IMG/VR virus record: IMGVR_UViG_3300044614_002195
Location: 96,001-160,000 of that record
Strand: one strand, 5' to 3'
DNA from: a virus
Length of the DNA: 64,000 nucleotides
Positions within the stretch are counted from its first letter, which is position 1, and each line of letters opens with the position of its first letter. Shown here piece by piece: positions 18,330-28,732 of this stretch. A program made the translations under genes and the position numbers. The notes below the pieces were generated by a model that saw only the letters and a program-made list of their open reading frames with translations, was not told the origin of the DNA and ran no database searches.

Positions 18330-20387
18330 ATGGAACTCAAAAAACTAATACTTAAAAACTTCAGGAGTCACAAAAATCTGACTCTTGATTTTAATTCTGG
18401 AGTAACCGGTATTGTTGGCGGCAACGGTACCGGCAAGTCGAGTATTGTCGAAGCTATAATCTTCCTCCTTACGGGGGAGGGTTATGGTAAGACTAAGGCA
18501 GATATGCTTACTGTAGGACAGGTCTCTGGTCATGTGGTTGGGCATATGCTGATAGACGGCAAGGAAGCCATCCTGGAGCGGCACACGGATACCGCAAAGG
18601 TAAACCTTAAATACGATGGCAAGGTTTACAAGAAGAGCAGTGAAGTAAACGAGCTATGGGACCAACTGTTCCAGATCGACAAGCATCTGGTGCAGAATGT
18701 AATTGTCTCAAATCAGGGAGAGATAGCATTACTGTTCAACGGAGACAACAGCACTAAAGAGAAACTCTTCCAGAAGATCTTCATGGTACCTAACACAACC
18801 AAGCTTAGAGATACGGTTTGGAATGGTTATATAAAGACTGCCCCTCCAGAGTACCCTGTAAAGAACTTGGATGAGCTTAAAAACGACCAGCAGCTTCTAG
18901 AGCAGATTATTCTGATGACATCAGAGCAGCTGGCTACGCTGGATGCTCCTAAGCTACAGATTGATTACAACAGGCTTACCTCCCGTAAGACTGAGCTAGA
19001 GAAAGTCATCAGCGACGAGCGGGTATCGTCAGGGCTTAGCGACAAGCTTACTAGTCTTCTAGGTGAGCTGGCAGATATCTCAAGCAAGGTAGTACGTATA
19101 GAAAATAACCTGAGTAACATCAACTATGATGAAATTATAGGGGCTATTGCTGAGATGGACGCAGTAGAGCGCCAGGTAGCCCAGAAGACCAGACTGAGCG
19201 CAGAATTAGCGCAGCTTAAGCAGCCTGCAGTTAATGTTACAAAAGACGAGCTCGATAATCTATCTGCAGACATTGCCCAACAGGAAGGCAAACTTAAGGA
19301 GAAAAGAGATACGCTTGCAGGATTAAACGACAAGCTAAAATCCTACGAGCAGAAGGGTCTGTCTTCTGAGACTACCACATGTCCCACATGCGGCTCAGAG
19401 CTGAAGGATACTGCTCAGGTTATAGCACATATTCAAGCAGAAGTGGATATGGTTATTTTTGAGGGAATTAAACTCAAAGATAAACTGACCGCCCTGCAGA
19501 AGGATAAAGAAATTAAGCAAGAAGAGTACAAACTGGTTGAGGAGTATCAAAAAGCTAGAGATACACTTGATCTTAAGCTAGATGCTATAGGCGAGCTTGA
19601 TTATAATCCAGAAGATCATGGTTTATATAAAATAATAGCAGAGAAATACAAGAACGATAAGTCCACGGTATCAGCGCTAAAGATCACAGAGAGTCAAAAA
19701 CTACAGGATGTTAACAGCGTAAGGTTGGCTATTGCCGCCCAGCGTGTATATGATGGAGCACATCCTGTAGGAGCAGAGGCTGAGCTTAGTGAGGTTGACA
19801 CAAACCTGGCATCTGTATCCCGAGGTATACAAGCAGCCAAACAGCTAGAGATAGACCTGGCTGTAAAGACACAAGAGCTTAAAACTCGCCTAGAAGATAT
19901 TAGGGAAAATCAGGAGTATATTGAAAAGAATAAAAAGCGTGAAGAGTATACAAGTACCCTAGACGCTATTTATGACATTTTCCATCCTTCCAAATTTCCA
20001 AGAGCCTTGATCCAAACCTACAGTTCTACTGTAACTGAGTATATGAATGAGGTATTGGCTTCATTTGATTTCCCATACACAGCCAAAGTAAACGAAACTT
20101 TCGGAATTGATATATTCAACGAAGAAGGTTTACAGCTGCCTGCTGTATCAGGCGGTCAGCAGGTTATGGTCGGCTTTAGCTTACGTCTAGCGCTACATAA
20201 CATGTTCGTAGGAGCATTCCCGTTCATGATTGTGGACGAGGGCAGCTATGGACTGAACGCAGAAAACAGCAAGAAATACTTCGAGATTATTCGAAGCCTG
20301 AACAAAACAAGCAAGTTCAAACAGGTGATCGTCATCGACCATCACCCTGAGTTGAGCGATTACGTAGACAACACTATTAACTTATGA
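18330..20387 (+). CDS. sbcC: Rad50/SbcC ATPase (T4 gp46-like)
   Basis: GGNGTGKSS Walker A, long coiled coil with CPTC zinc hook, VSGGQ signature, IVDEG Walker B, IDH. Confidence 0.93.
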   Translation: MELKKLILKNFRSHKNLTLDFNSGVTGIVGGNGTGKSSIVEAIIFLLTGEGYGKTKADMLTVGQVSGHVVGHMLIDGKEAILERHTDTAKVNLKYDGKVYKKSSEVNELWDQLFQIDKHLVQNVIVSNQGEIALLFNGDNSTKEKLFQKIFMVPNTTKLRDTVWNGYIKTAPPEYPVKNLDELKNDQQLLEQIILMTSEQLATLDAPKLQIDYNRLTSRKTELEKVISDERVSSGLSDKLTSLLGELADISSKVVRIENNLSNINYDEIIGAIAEMDAVERQVAQKTRLSAELAQLKQPAVNVTKDELDNLSADIAQQEGKLKEKRDTLAGLNDKLKSYEQKGLSSETTTCPTCGSELKDTAQVIAHIQAEVDMVIFEGIKLKDKLTALQKDKEIKQEEYKLVEEYQKARDTLDLKLDAIGELDYNPEDHGLYKIIAEKYKNDKSTVSALKITESQKLQDVNSVRLAIAAQRVYDGAHPVGAEAELSEVDTNLASVSRGIQAAKQLEIDLAVKTQELKTRLEDIRENQEYIEKNKKREEYTSTLDAIYDIFHPSKFPRALIQTYSSTVTEYMNEVLASFDFPYTAKVNETFGIDIFNEEGLQLPAVSGGQQVMVGFSLRLALHNMFVGAFPFMIVDEGSYGLNAENSKKYFEIIRSLNKTSKFKQVIVIDHHPELSDYVDNTINL

Positions 20388-20482
20388 GTACGAGAACACA
20401 AACAAGAACAAGAAGCGTCACCAGAGGAAACGTAACGATTCGTAAAACAGTAACAATCAGTAGAACAGTAAAGCGTAAATAA
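20384..20482 (+). CDS. 32-aa Arg/Thr-rich micro-protein
   Basis: MSTRTQTRTRSVTRGNVTIRKTVTISRTVKRK; ATGA overlap upstream and TAATG overlap downstream. Confidence 0.6.
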   Translation: MSTRTQTRTRSVTRGNVTIRKTVTISRTVKRK

Positions 20483-20703
20483 TGAGTGATACTAAAAGAC
20501 CCTGGACAATAACTATGGATAAAACCAGAATGACTGAGCCACCGCCGCTAGGTCCTGGTTTCTCTATAGATGAGGCTGAAATTGCAGACTCGATGAGTAT
20601 AACGTTTTCAGCCTTTAATGATCCTGGTGACGATTACACTATCTTCAATTTACACGCTAAAGATGGCTCAGTTGTAGCAACAAGAAAAATTAACGGATAT
20701 TAA
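20482..20703 (+). CDS. Hypothetical protein
   Basis: 73 aa. Confidence 0.6.
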   Translation: MSDTKRPWTITMDKTRMTEPPPLGPGFSIDEAEIADSMSITFSAFNDPGDDYTIFNLHAKDGSVVATRKINGY

Positions 20704-20705
20704 GC

Positions 20706-20861
20706 ATGAAACATATAACTGACGAGATTGACAAAGCAATAGCTGAATTGCTAGTCTCTACCAAAAATAACGCAAAGCAGATAGCGAAAAAGACGCTGCT
20801 TAAAGTACTAGCGGATTCTCCGCCAAAAAGCAGTAAAAAGAAAAAGCACAAGCTTATCTAG
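20706..20861 (+). CDS. 51-aa basic hypothetical protein
   Basis: MKHITDEIDK...SSKKKKHKLI, translated by hand; fills the gap. Confidence 0.55.
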   Translation: MKHITDEIDKAIAELLVSTKNNAKQIAKKTLLKVLADSPPKSSKKKKHKLI

Positions 20862-20865
20862 TAGC

Positions 20866-22323
20866 ATGAACATAAAGATCGTTCGATTTGATGGCGGGCT
20901 AAAAATAAACCCATGTCCTGCATACGTTTCAAAGTTTCTCAAGTATCATCATAGAGAAATGAAGAGTATTGGGTACCAGCGGCAATGCGTGTTTGTTGAA
21001 AAATTACTATACGCTACAGATCAGGACGGCTCTATATATACGCTACCAGGTTTTTATCACAGCCTGGTAGCGTTAATAGGTAAGCAGATGGATACTGTAG
21101 AGACGGAAGATCTCAGGACACCCATGCCTGACCCTGATTGGGCTAGCGTTAAAAAGATAAAGCTTAGAGACTACCAAAAAGAACCCACCTTAGATCTGAT
21201 ATTCAAAGGAATGGAAGACAGTGGGGTAATTAATGCTACTGGGGGGTTTGGGAAGACACACATCCAAGCTATCACTTACGCAGCGTGGAATGGTCTGAAT
21301 ACAATTCTAGCCATACCTCTAAAGCAGGTGGTCCTGCAGACGTATGAAAAGTTTAAGCAATTTTTCCCTGATAAACATATAGGTATAGTTGGCGACGGTA
21401 AACATGATATAAGTAATGATATTACTATAACTACGTTTAGGTCTTTACCCAGCTGCGCACTAGAGAAATGTCAATTGCTTCTAGTTGATGAAATGCAGTC
21501 TGCAGGTCAAGAGACTTTTCAAAACGCGCTAAAACAAATGAAGCCTTACAGGGTGTTCGGCTTTTCAGCTACCACGGAAGGTATATTCAACAACACAGAC
21601 AAGCTGTTAAAGGGCCTGTTTGGTGATGACCTGATATACTTCCCATACGAGGACGCTGAGGAGGCCGGCGCGGTTGTGCCTGGTATGGTGTACATGGTCA
21701 ACATGCCTGAAGACTTATTTATTGAAAATTATAATAATTTTGAAAGCAAGTTAAAGTACGGAATTAAAAGGTGTGATAAGCGCAACGAGATCATAGGACG
21801 AGTATGCTCCTTGATTCCAAAAGAGTGGCAGACTATTGTATTTATTGATCATGTTAAAGATCATCTGATTCCTATGTACAAGTATATGCCTAAAGAGACA
21901 AAATACCTGCATAGGGAGACCAGCAAGAAAAACGTAGGCGCGTTTGCACTGACGCCGAAGCAGCAAAATAAAACAATCGAAGAATTCAGTAATAACGAGT
22001 TTCAAACATTGATAGCTAGCGATGCGTTTAGAGCAGGTGTAGATATTCCTAACTGTCGTGTAGTCATTCAGGCTAGCGGCGGAAGCAGTAAAGTAGAAGT
22101 ATTGCAGGAAGCTTACAGGGGAAGCCGAATACTTACGAAAGAACAGCGTGATAAATTTGGTCTTTCAGAAAAAACGCATTTTGTGCTTGTAGATTTTATG
22201 GACAACCATGATCCTACACTAGAGGCAATGGCGAAAAAGCGGAAAAAGTATTATGAAGAGCAAGGATGGACAATCACTACAGTTGATCGCCCCGAAGACA
22301 TAACATGGAATAGACAAAAATAA
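20866..22323 (+). CDS. Superfamily 2 helicase (UvsW-like)
   Basis: LRDYQ, ATGGFGKT, LVDEMQ, FSAT, AGVDIP, QEAYRGSR. Confidence 0.9.
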   Translation: MNIKIVRFDGGLKINPCPAYVSKFLKYHHREMKSIGYQRQCVFVEKLLYATDQDGSIYTLPGFYHSLVALIGKQMDTVETEDLRTPMPDPDWASVKKIKLRDYQKEPTLDLIFKGMEDSGVINATGGFGKTHIQAITYAAWNGLNTILAIPLKQVVLQTYEKFKQFFPDKHIGIVGDGKHDISNDITITTFRSLPSCALEKCQLLLVDEMQSAGQETFQNALKQMKPYRVFGFSATTEGIFNNTDKLLKGLFGDDLIYFPYEDAEEAGAVVPGMVYMVNMPEDLFIENYNNFESKLKYGIKRCDKRNEIIGRVCSLIPKEWQTIVFIDHVKDHLIPMYKYMPKETKYLHRETSKKNVGAFALTPKQQNKTIEEFSNNEFQTLIASDAFRAGVDIPNCRVVIQASGGSSKVEVLQEAYRGSRILTKEQRDKFGLSEKTHFVLVDFMDNHDPTLEAMAKKRKKYYEEQGWTITTVDRPEDITWNRQK

Positions 22324-22344
22324 CGTATGAATGGAGTATGAGAT

Positions 22345-22617
22345 ATGACATACGAAGAAAAAAATAAACTACAGCGTGAAAAAGACATAGAGCGCGTAAA
22401 GGAAGCGCTTATTGTACTGCAGGCTTATTGGCTAGAAAGACCATATCTTAGGCTAGGTCAGCTAGTTATGAACGCCTTTCATGTTCTGCCGGAATACACT
22501 AAAAATCCTGAACCTGAAACTGCTGATGTGTTCTATTTACCGGACAATAGGCTGCTGGAAGGTTTATCCAAACTAGTAGAACAAGAACGTGAATCAAAGA
22601 GTAAAAGAACTACTTAA
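22345..22617 (+). CDS. Hypothetical protein
   Basis: W...P.LRLGQL motif common in phage small proteins. Confidence 0.65.
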   Translation: MTYEEKNKLQREKDIERVKEALIVLQAYWLERPYLRLGQLVMNAFHVLPEYTKNPEPETADVFYLPDNRLLEGLSKLVEQERESKSKRTT

Positions 22618-23521
22618 GCTAAAGTTCGGAAAAGTAAAAAGCGTGTCGGGAGGCAGTTATAGAATTGCTTGCCCGACATGCGATCCGAAGAACAGCAAGA
22701 AGATGAAGAGGTACATCAACCCTGGATGGACCCAGAGTAGGTGTTTTATCTGTGAAGAGGCTATCCCTATACAAGAACTCCTTGGTGAAAATATAGTACT
22801 AGAAAGGGCTACGGAAAACGAAGAAGAGACCGAGTATAAGTATGCCAAGATATTGCCGTACGAAAGTGCTGTAAAGCTCAGTGACATGAGTAAGGCTTCG
22901 CCCGTAATAGATTTCTTTTATAAAGACTATCTATTTAACTTTGCGTATTACGACAGTCTAGGTATCAGATACATTCCAGCCGGCTGCGGTAAAAATATCA
23001 GTTTCGATAGCGGGTTTACAGTTAACACTAGCGAAAGCTTGTTCTTTCCTGTATTTGCTAAAGATAACTCGTATGCAGGCTGGCAGTTAAGATTTATACC
23101 TGGTACATGGAATGGAGACAGATTCCAATTCATGCGATACATGCACCTGTTTCCGAAGGGTAACTATTTATTCAACTATGCTGTTGCTAAGCAGTATAAA
23201 GATGTAGTAGTTGTGGAGGGAGTAAAAAAAGCATTGAAACTTGGTAACGCTGTAGCTACTTTGGGTAAAGGTATATCGATAGCTCAAAAGCAGCTAATCC
23301 AAGAGTGGAAAACAATAACGCTAATACTAGACGGAGAAGATAATACGCAGGAGCTTGCTAGAGAAATTCAATCAGAGTTTATCAGCAACGGTAGAAAATG
23401 CGTGAATATTGATCTTAGAGACTATGGCTTTGAATCACCTGACGACGCAACATCCGAGCAGCTTCAGTATATTATTCAGAAAGAACATGAACGACAAAGA
23501 CCCAGATCCTCAGTTGGTTAA
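22589..23521 (+). CDS. DNA primase (Zn-binding plus TOPRIM)
   Basis: CPTC..CFIC, VVVVEG, LILDGED; precedes DnaB. Confidence 0.8.
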   Translation: MNQRVKELLKLKFGKVKSVSGGSYRIACPTCDPKNSKKMKRYINPGWTQSRCFICEEAIPIQELLGENIVLERATENEEETEYKYAKILPYESAVKLSDMSKASPVIDFFYKDYLFNFAYYDSLGIRYIPAGCGKNISFDSGFTVNTSESLFFPVFAKDNSYAGWQLRFIPGTWNGDRFQFMRYMHLFPKGNYLFNYAVAKQYKDVVVVEGVKKALKLGNAVATLGKGISIAQKQLIQEWKTITLILDGEDNTQELAREIQSEFISNGRKCVNIDLRDYGFESPDDATSEQLQYIIQKEHERQRPRSSVG

Positions 23522-24050
23522 TGATCTTATTTTCTACTATGAAGAAAAAAAGAGAATAAGTACAAAACACTTCAAGTACATCCCAAGCGACAAGTACGAC
23601 AAATACTTCAAGGAAGCTGCGGTGTTGTGTGAGCAGCTCAGCCTGCATCCCGCTCAATTCGTACAGCATATGTATGACAGAATGCATGATAAGAAAAACT
23701 TCTTTTCTCCTATGCATTTACGGGGGCAGGGAGTTATACAGTACGTACAAGGATTAGCCGACACTTCTACCACCTACGAAGTAAGTATCACTAACGCCAC
23801 ATTAAGCTATGCTGACGTGTGGGCGCAGCAATTGAACCTTGCTATGAGGTTTATTCGTAGAGGAGAACCTGTAGAGGATGTGCTGCTGGACTCTGGTCTA
23901 AAATTCTTTGCATGGTTTAGAATTCTAGCCACACCGGATAGAAGTGCAGCAATTATTGATAAGTACAAAAAAATAGCTAAGAAAGAGTTAACACCTGAGT
24001 TAACAAAATTCATAAAAGAGGAAAAACTAGATATAGACAGACTATTATGA
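23487..24050 (+). CDS. Hypothetical protein (possible helicase loader)
   Basis: Likely start at 23487; lies between primase and helicase. Function is positional inference only. Confidence 0.55.
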   Translation: MNDKDPDPQLVNDLIFYYEEKKRISTKHFKYIPSDKYDKYFKEAAVLCEQLSLHPAQFVQHMYDRMHDKKNFFSPMHLRGQGVIQYVQGLADTSTTYEVSITNATLSYADVWAQQLNLAMRFIRRGEPVEDVLLDSGLKFFAWFRILATPDRSAAIIDKYKKIAKKELTPELTKFIKEEKLDIDRLL

Positions 24051-25462
24051 GCGATATTTACAACGACGCAGATTACATAGAGCTAACAATCAAAAGCCTA
24101 TTCAGAGACAGGCAGGTTTTACAGAAAGCCATAGACCTGAAAGTCACTCCTTCAGACTTTGGAACGCTGAATATCTATAATGCTTTTGCTGACACTGCAC
24201 TAAGCATAGGCGCTTCTGGTCCTGGTCCGATAGGTCAGCAGTTATGCTTGTCCTATCTAAAAACAAAGCTCAAACAGTATAATATTCTTAACACGGATAT
24301 GGATACAGTTATGGACTTCTGTGAGTTTGTGTACAACGAAGAAGTTCTAAATAGTGAGTATATTCTTAAGAACTTCGCAGACTTCATAAAGTTTAGAAGA
24401 TACCAGACACTTAAGGCGGACAAGAGCGCTACGCCCGAGCTACTCGTGCAAGAGGCCACCAAGTTGGTTTCTGACATCAATTTACAGGACAGTGCAGGTG
24501 TAGTTAGAGCGTTTGACCCGTTTGAGAATCTTGTTCTGGTAGAGCATAAAGAAAGTTTAATGACAGGATTTCCTGCAGTAGATGCTGCAGCCAGAGGACT
24601 CAATTACCAGGAATTTGGGTTAATTCTAGGGCATAGCGGCTCTGGCAAAACGGCGATGGCTGTGTACTCAGCTATACAAAACGCTAAAGATAATAGAAAA
24701 GTATTATACTTATCTCTGGAAGAGCCTGCTGAAAATATTTGCTGTCGCTTGTACAGTAACATTTTCAGGATACCTTATACAGACCTACACAAAGGGTCTG
24801 TACTTATGCAGCATGATCTGCGTGAGTCTTTTCAAAATATGTGCGAAAGAGACAAGGTTGCTCTTAAGAATCTAAAAATACACGATTTGAGAGATGTCAC
24901 GCCTATCACCTGTGGATATATCCAGAACTATTTGGATAAGCTATATGCAGATACAGGATATCATCCTGACCTAGTGTACATAGACCAGCTAGACTATCTG
25001 ACTACATCTGAAAAATATGATGCCGAATGGCAGAAATATGGTAAGGTGTCGTTTGAGGTGGATGACTTATCTAATCATCTTATAGGTGGAAAACATATGT
25101 TCAGCGTATGGCTACTTCACCAGGCTAGCGGTAAGATGACAAAGAGATTCAGTAATGCGGAGATTTCAGGGTTTAAAGGTGTAATCAAGCCTACCGATAT
25201 GGCGCTGGCTATAGGTAGAGATTCTTCCCAGGATCAGACCGTGAGTATTTTTTCATTGAAGTCTAGACATGCTAAGAATTTTCAGTTTGATTATCTGGCT
25301 GAGCTTGAATTCATGAACTTTGAGCAGCTAGATAAAGCCGCACAAGACAGAGCTGAAGAAGAGAAGAAGGATAAGAAAAAACTGAATAAAGGTAACTTCG
25401 AAAACATTCCCAGGAAAGCCGCACTACTGCCTCCAGCTGGAACAGGATTCATGGCTTCATAA
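24047..25462 (+). CDS. dnaB: Replicative DnaB-like helicase
   Basis: TGFP.VD, GHSGSGKT, YLSLEE, YIDQLD, LHQ, KSRH. Confidence 0.9.
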   Translation: MSDIYNDADYIELTIKSLFRDRQVLQKAIDLKVTPSDFGTLNIYNAFADTALSIGASGPGPIGQQLCLSYLKTKLKQYNILNTDMDTVMDFCEFVYNEEVLNSEYILKNFADFIKFRRYQTLKADKSATPELLVQEATKLVSDINLQDSAGVVRAFDPFENLVLVEHKESLMTGFPAVDAAARGLNYQEFGLILGHSGSGKTAMAVYSAIQNAKDNRKVLYLSLEEPAENICCRLYSNIFRIPYTDLHKGSVLMQHDLRESFQNMCERDKVALKNLKIHDLRDVTPITCGYIQNYLDKLYADTGYHPDLVYIDQLDYLTTSEKYDAEWQKYGKVSFEVDDLSNHLIGGKHMFSVWLLHQASGKMTKRFSNAEISGFKGVIKPTDMALAIGRDSSQDQTVSIFSLKSRHAKNFQFDYLAELEFMNFEQLDKAAQDRAEEEKKDKKKLNKGNFENIPRKAALLPPAGTGFMAS

Positions 25463-25472
25463 CAATATAAAA

Positions 25473-28172
25473 ATGAGCGATAAAAAAGAAAAAATAGAGG
25501 TACAGCCTACCTATAAAGAAAACAGTCAGCCTGAACTAATGATTATTTTTTCTCACCCAGGGAAAGATGATCTAGAAGAAAGGGCGTTCGGTAAAAAAGG
25601 TATGGCTGAAGAGGTATTGTCTGCGCTAAATGCTGCAGATATACCTCTTGATAAAGTGTACTTTACAGGAATGGTGAGGTATGGAATTGGTAATAAGCCT
25701 AAGCCGTCAGCAGAGGATATAGAATATTGGTCAGCCAAGCTGGACGAAGAAATTGCTGCAGTTAAACCTAAACTCATCATGCCTTTGGGTGCTGAAGTAT
25801 TCAAACGCATCATGCGTACAAATATTAAAATGGGTGATTATGTAGGCGAGATCACTGATACACCCTACGGTAAAGTTCTGGCAAACTATGCTCCTGGGAT
25901 GATCGTAGTGATGGATCCTACTAAGCGTCCTGAGTTCAGGGAGATATTCGTATTGGCTAAAAAGGCGTTAGATAACAATTTAAACTATAGAGAGTTTAAG
26001 TATGTGATCATAGACGATCCTAAAGACAATATCGAGATATTGAACAACTACATTGCCCGAGGTGAGTTTAAAATAGGCTATGACGCTGAATGGTACGGAG
26101 ATAAGTTTACAGACGACGAGGTAATGTATGAGTTTCAATATAGCTGCCAAAGAGATTTTGCAGTGATCTTGAATATCTCTAAAGACGGCTCCACAGAAAA
26201 CCGAGAGCTTCTAGATACGATGAAGATCATGCTAGAGCACCCTAAAGCCCAGCGTATGGGCTGGAACATAAGGGCTGACGATTTACGCTTGAGGCATAGA
26301 GGATTTAATTTACCTGACGAAACGCTAGCGTTTGACGGTATGAAGGCTGTGGCTTTCTTTGACTCTAGGCTCAGTAAGGGGCTAGAAACGGGGATTAAGC
26401 ACTTTACCGATTATGCTCCATACTATACAGCATTAAACAGAAAGGTTAAGGAGCATAAGCTTGGTAAAGCAGAAATGGCTAAGCTTAAGTTTTTGGAGCC
26501 TGACATATACCATCACTATTGTGCTGGTGACGCTGTGAGTCATCGTGAGGCCTGTCTGAGGATGATGGAGATTTTTCCGGAAAAACTCAAAGATCTATAC
26601 TACAACGTATATTTGCCATTAACCCATTACTTTACAGATATGGAGTTAACAGGTATTGCTGTTGATAAGCAGGTGCTAGAAGATCTTACTGATAAGTATC
26701 TAGAAAAATATAACGCACTCAAAGATGAGCTTGTTGTCTTTCTAAAAGATGAGTTTGGTGTAGAAGAATTTAATCCTAATTCTGCTCCACAGAAAAAATC
26801 TTTGCTTTTTGAGACACTACGCGTAACTCCAGCCTACTATACAAAGTCAGGCAAATCTCCAAAGTCTAAGGCGTGGTACGATAAACAGAAGCCACAGACT
26901 CAAAAAATGTACGAGCCCAGTACAAACGGCAAGAGTCTATCTACAATAAAATTCCAGCTTGAAGAGGCGCTAGATAAATACCCAAACGACCCTGATATCA
27001 TGAGGGTGCATAAAGCAATTACTCTACTGCTTAGCGTAAGTCGTGTAGGCGTATTTGCTACAAAGTTTTTATCTAAAAAAGGTGTAGTGCTCGACCCTGA
27101 GTCAGAGCTAGATGAAGATATTGATGAACCCTTGAAGCAAAGCTATTGGGCAGCTATCTGTAATGATGGTCGCGTTCATGCTAGCTTCTTTGAATGCTTA
27201 AAGAACTTCAGAGCTAGTAGTAGTCCTAATGTTCAGAATCCCGCTTCAAAGGTTTTAGCGTATATTCCAGATATATTCGTTCCAGGGTATAGCAAACTGA
27301 GCAGCGAAGAACAGCAATCGTGCAGCAAAATGCTACCTAAAAACATTAGGAATATTTTCTGTACAGGCAACCCTGACTATTATTGGACAGAGCTTGACGT
27401 AGCTGGGGCAGATTTGGCTATTATGGCCTTTTTGTCTAGAGACGAAGACTTTATTCACGATATCAGAGCAGGCAATTTCCATCAAACAAAGATGCGAGAA
27501 TACTTCAATGACGCTACCCTCACAAAGAAAGATGTGAGTAAGTATGTGATCGCCAAGAGTATTACTTTTCGAGTCTCGTACACAGCCGGGCTAAAATTCG
27601 CAGCAATGCCCATTCAAGCTGATATTTATGCTGAGAATGGCTTGCATGTAGGATTACATACTTTAGAGTATGCGCTTGAGACTTGGGAGAGATATCGCAA
27701 GTACATGGCCTACAGAGACAGATGTACTGACGAAGTTAAAAACCATAAGCGTATCACGAACGCCAGAGGGTTGGTTTTAAACTACGAAGAAACAGATAAT
27801 TTCGGTATTCTTGCCGGTTGGATGAATGAAAGCTTGGCTTTTCCCGTGGCCAGCGAGCTTGCATGGTTTATGTGGGAGTGTTCTGTAAATCTAAAAAACC
27901 TTCTAAAGAAAGAAGGCTTATGGATGAAGTACATATACCCAGTAAATACTGTGCATGATGCAGGCTATTGGGCTGTGCACAAAGATTTGGTAAATGATAA
28001 TTATATCCAGGAAGTTCTCAAATATGTATTCTGCCACCATACAAAGCTAGCCACCGGAGATAATGTAGGTTGCGAGCTGGCCATCATGGATAGATGGAAA
28101 GGTAAAGAAAAAGTATTTGAGAGAGAAACAGCCTGGAACTTTGAAAAGAACACATGGGAATGGAAAAAGTAA
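25473..28172 (+). CDS. polA: Family A DNA polymerase with UDG-like N-domain and 3'-5' exonuclease
   Basis: N-terminus with family-4 UDG-like layout (HPG, KPKLIMPLG); exonuclease YDAE / NIRAD / YCAGD; polymerase motif A LDVAGADL, motif B KSITFRVSY, motif C VHDA. Confidence 0.88.
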   Translation: MSDKKEKIEVQPTYKENSQPELMIIFSHPGKDDLEERAFGKKGMAEEVLSALNAADIPLDKVYFTGMVRYGIGNKPKPSAEDIEYWSAKLDEEIAAVKPKLIMPLGAEVFKRIMRTNIKMGDYVGEITDTPYGKVLANYAPGMIVVMDPTKRPEFREIFVLAKKALDNNLNYREFKYVIIDDPKDNIEILNNYIARGEFKIGYDAEWYGDKFTDDEVMYEFQYSCQRDFAVILNISKDGSTENRELLDTMKIMLEHPKAQRMGWNIRADDLRLRHRGFNLPDETLAFDGMKAVAFFDSRLSKGLETGIKHFTDYAPYYTALNRKVKEHKLGKAEMAKLKFLEPDIYHHYCAGDAVSHREACLRMMEIFPEKLKDLYYNVYLPLTHYFTDMELTGIAVDKQVLEDLTDKYLEKYNALKDELVVFLKDEFGVEEFNPNSAPQKKSLLFETLRVTPAYYTKSGKSPKSKAWYDKQKPQTQKMYEPSTNGKSLSTIKFQLEEALDKYPNDPDIMRVHKAITLLLSVSRVGVFATKFLSKKGVVLDPESELDEDIDEPLKQSYWAAICNDGRVHASFFECLKNFRASSSPNVQNPASKVLAYIPDIFVPGYSKLSSEEQQSCSKMLPKNIRNIFCTGNPDYYWTELDVAGADLAIMAFLSRDEDFIHDIRAGNFHQTKMREYFNDATLTKKDVSKYVIAKSITFRVSYTAGLKFAAMPIQADIYAENGLHVGLHTLEYALETWERYRKYMAYRDRCTDEVKNHKRITNARGLVLNYEETDNFGILAGWMNESLAFPVASELAWFMWECSVNLKNLLKKEGLWMKYIYPVNTVHDAGYWAVHKDLVNDNYIQEVLKYVFCHHTKLATGDNVGCELAIMDRWKGKEKVFERETAWNFEKNTWEWKK

Positions 28173-28732
28173 AATATATAAAACTAGGTAGCAATGGTCA
28201 TATAGCTATAGTAGATGCTGAAGACTACGATGATCTTGTTAAACATAAGTGGGGAGTTAAAAAAGGAAAATCCACTGCATACGCAGTTAGACATAAAAAG
28301 AAAAACGAAGTACTAATAGCGGCTAAAAAGGTCCGTATGCATAGAGAGATATTATCAAAAATATCTGAGATACCAGAAAAAATGGTTATAGATCATATAA
28401 ACCATAACGGTCTAGACAATAGAAAAGCTAACTTACGAGTATGCACTGTTTCTGAAAATGTCAGGAACAGTAGAACGTTTAAAAATAAAAAAGTTAAATA
28501 CAAAGGTGTTTTTATGGATCTAAGCAGCGCTAAAAACCCGTACAGGGCCTGTATCAGAGTTGACGGCAAACGTATAAGTCTGGGACAATATCCTACACCA
28601 GAAAAAGCAGCTAGAGCTTATAATGCCGCAGCTGTGAAATACTTTGGAGCTTTTGCCTACTTAAACGATGTGCCTGATACAGACGAAGAAGACTCAAAAG
28701 AGTTGACGCAATCTGAGCTTGAGCTGTCATGA
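28154..28732 (+). CDS. HNH-AP2 free-standing homing endonuclease
   Basis: MHREI, IDHINHNGLDNRKANLR, then AP2 domain YKGV...YRACI...LGQY.T.EKAARAYN.AA.KYFG.FA.LN. Confidence 0.92.
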   Translation: MGMEKVKYIKLGSNGHIAIVDAEDYDDLVKHKWGVKKGKSTAYAVRHKKKNEVLIAAKKVRMHREILSKISEIPEKMVIDHINHNGLDNRKANLRVCTVSENVRNSRTFKNKKVKYKGVFMDLSSAKNPYRACIRVDGKRISLGQYPTPEKAARAYNAAAVKYFGAFAYLNDVPDTDEEDSKELTQSELELS

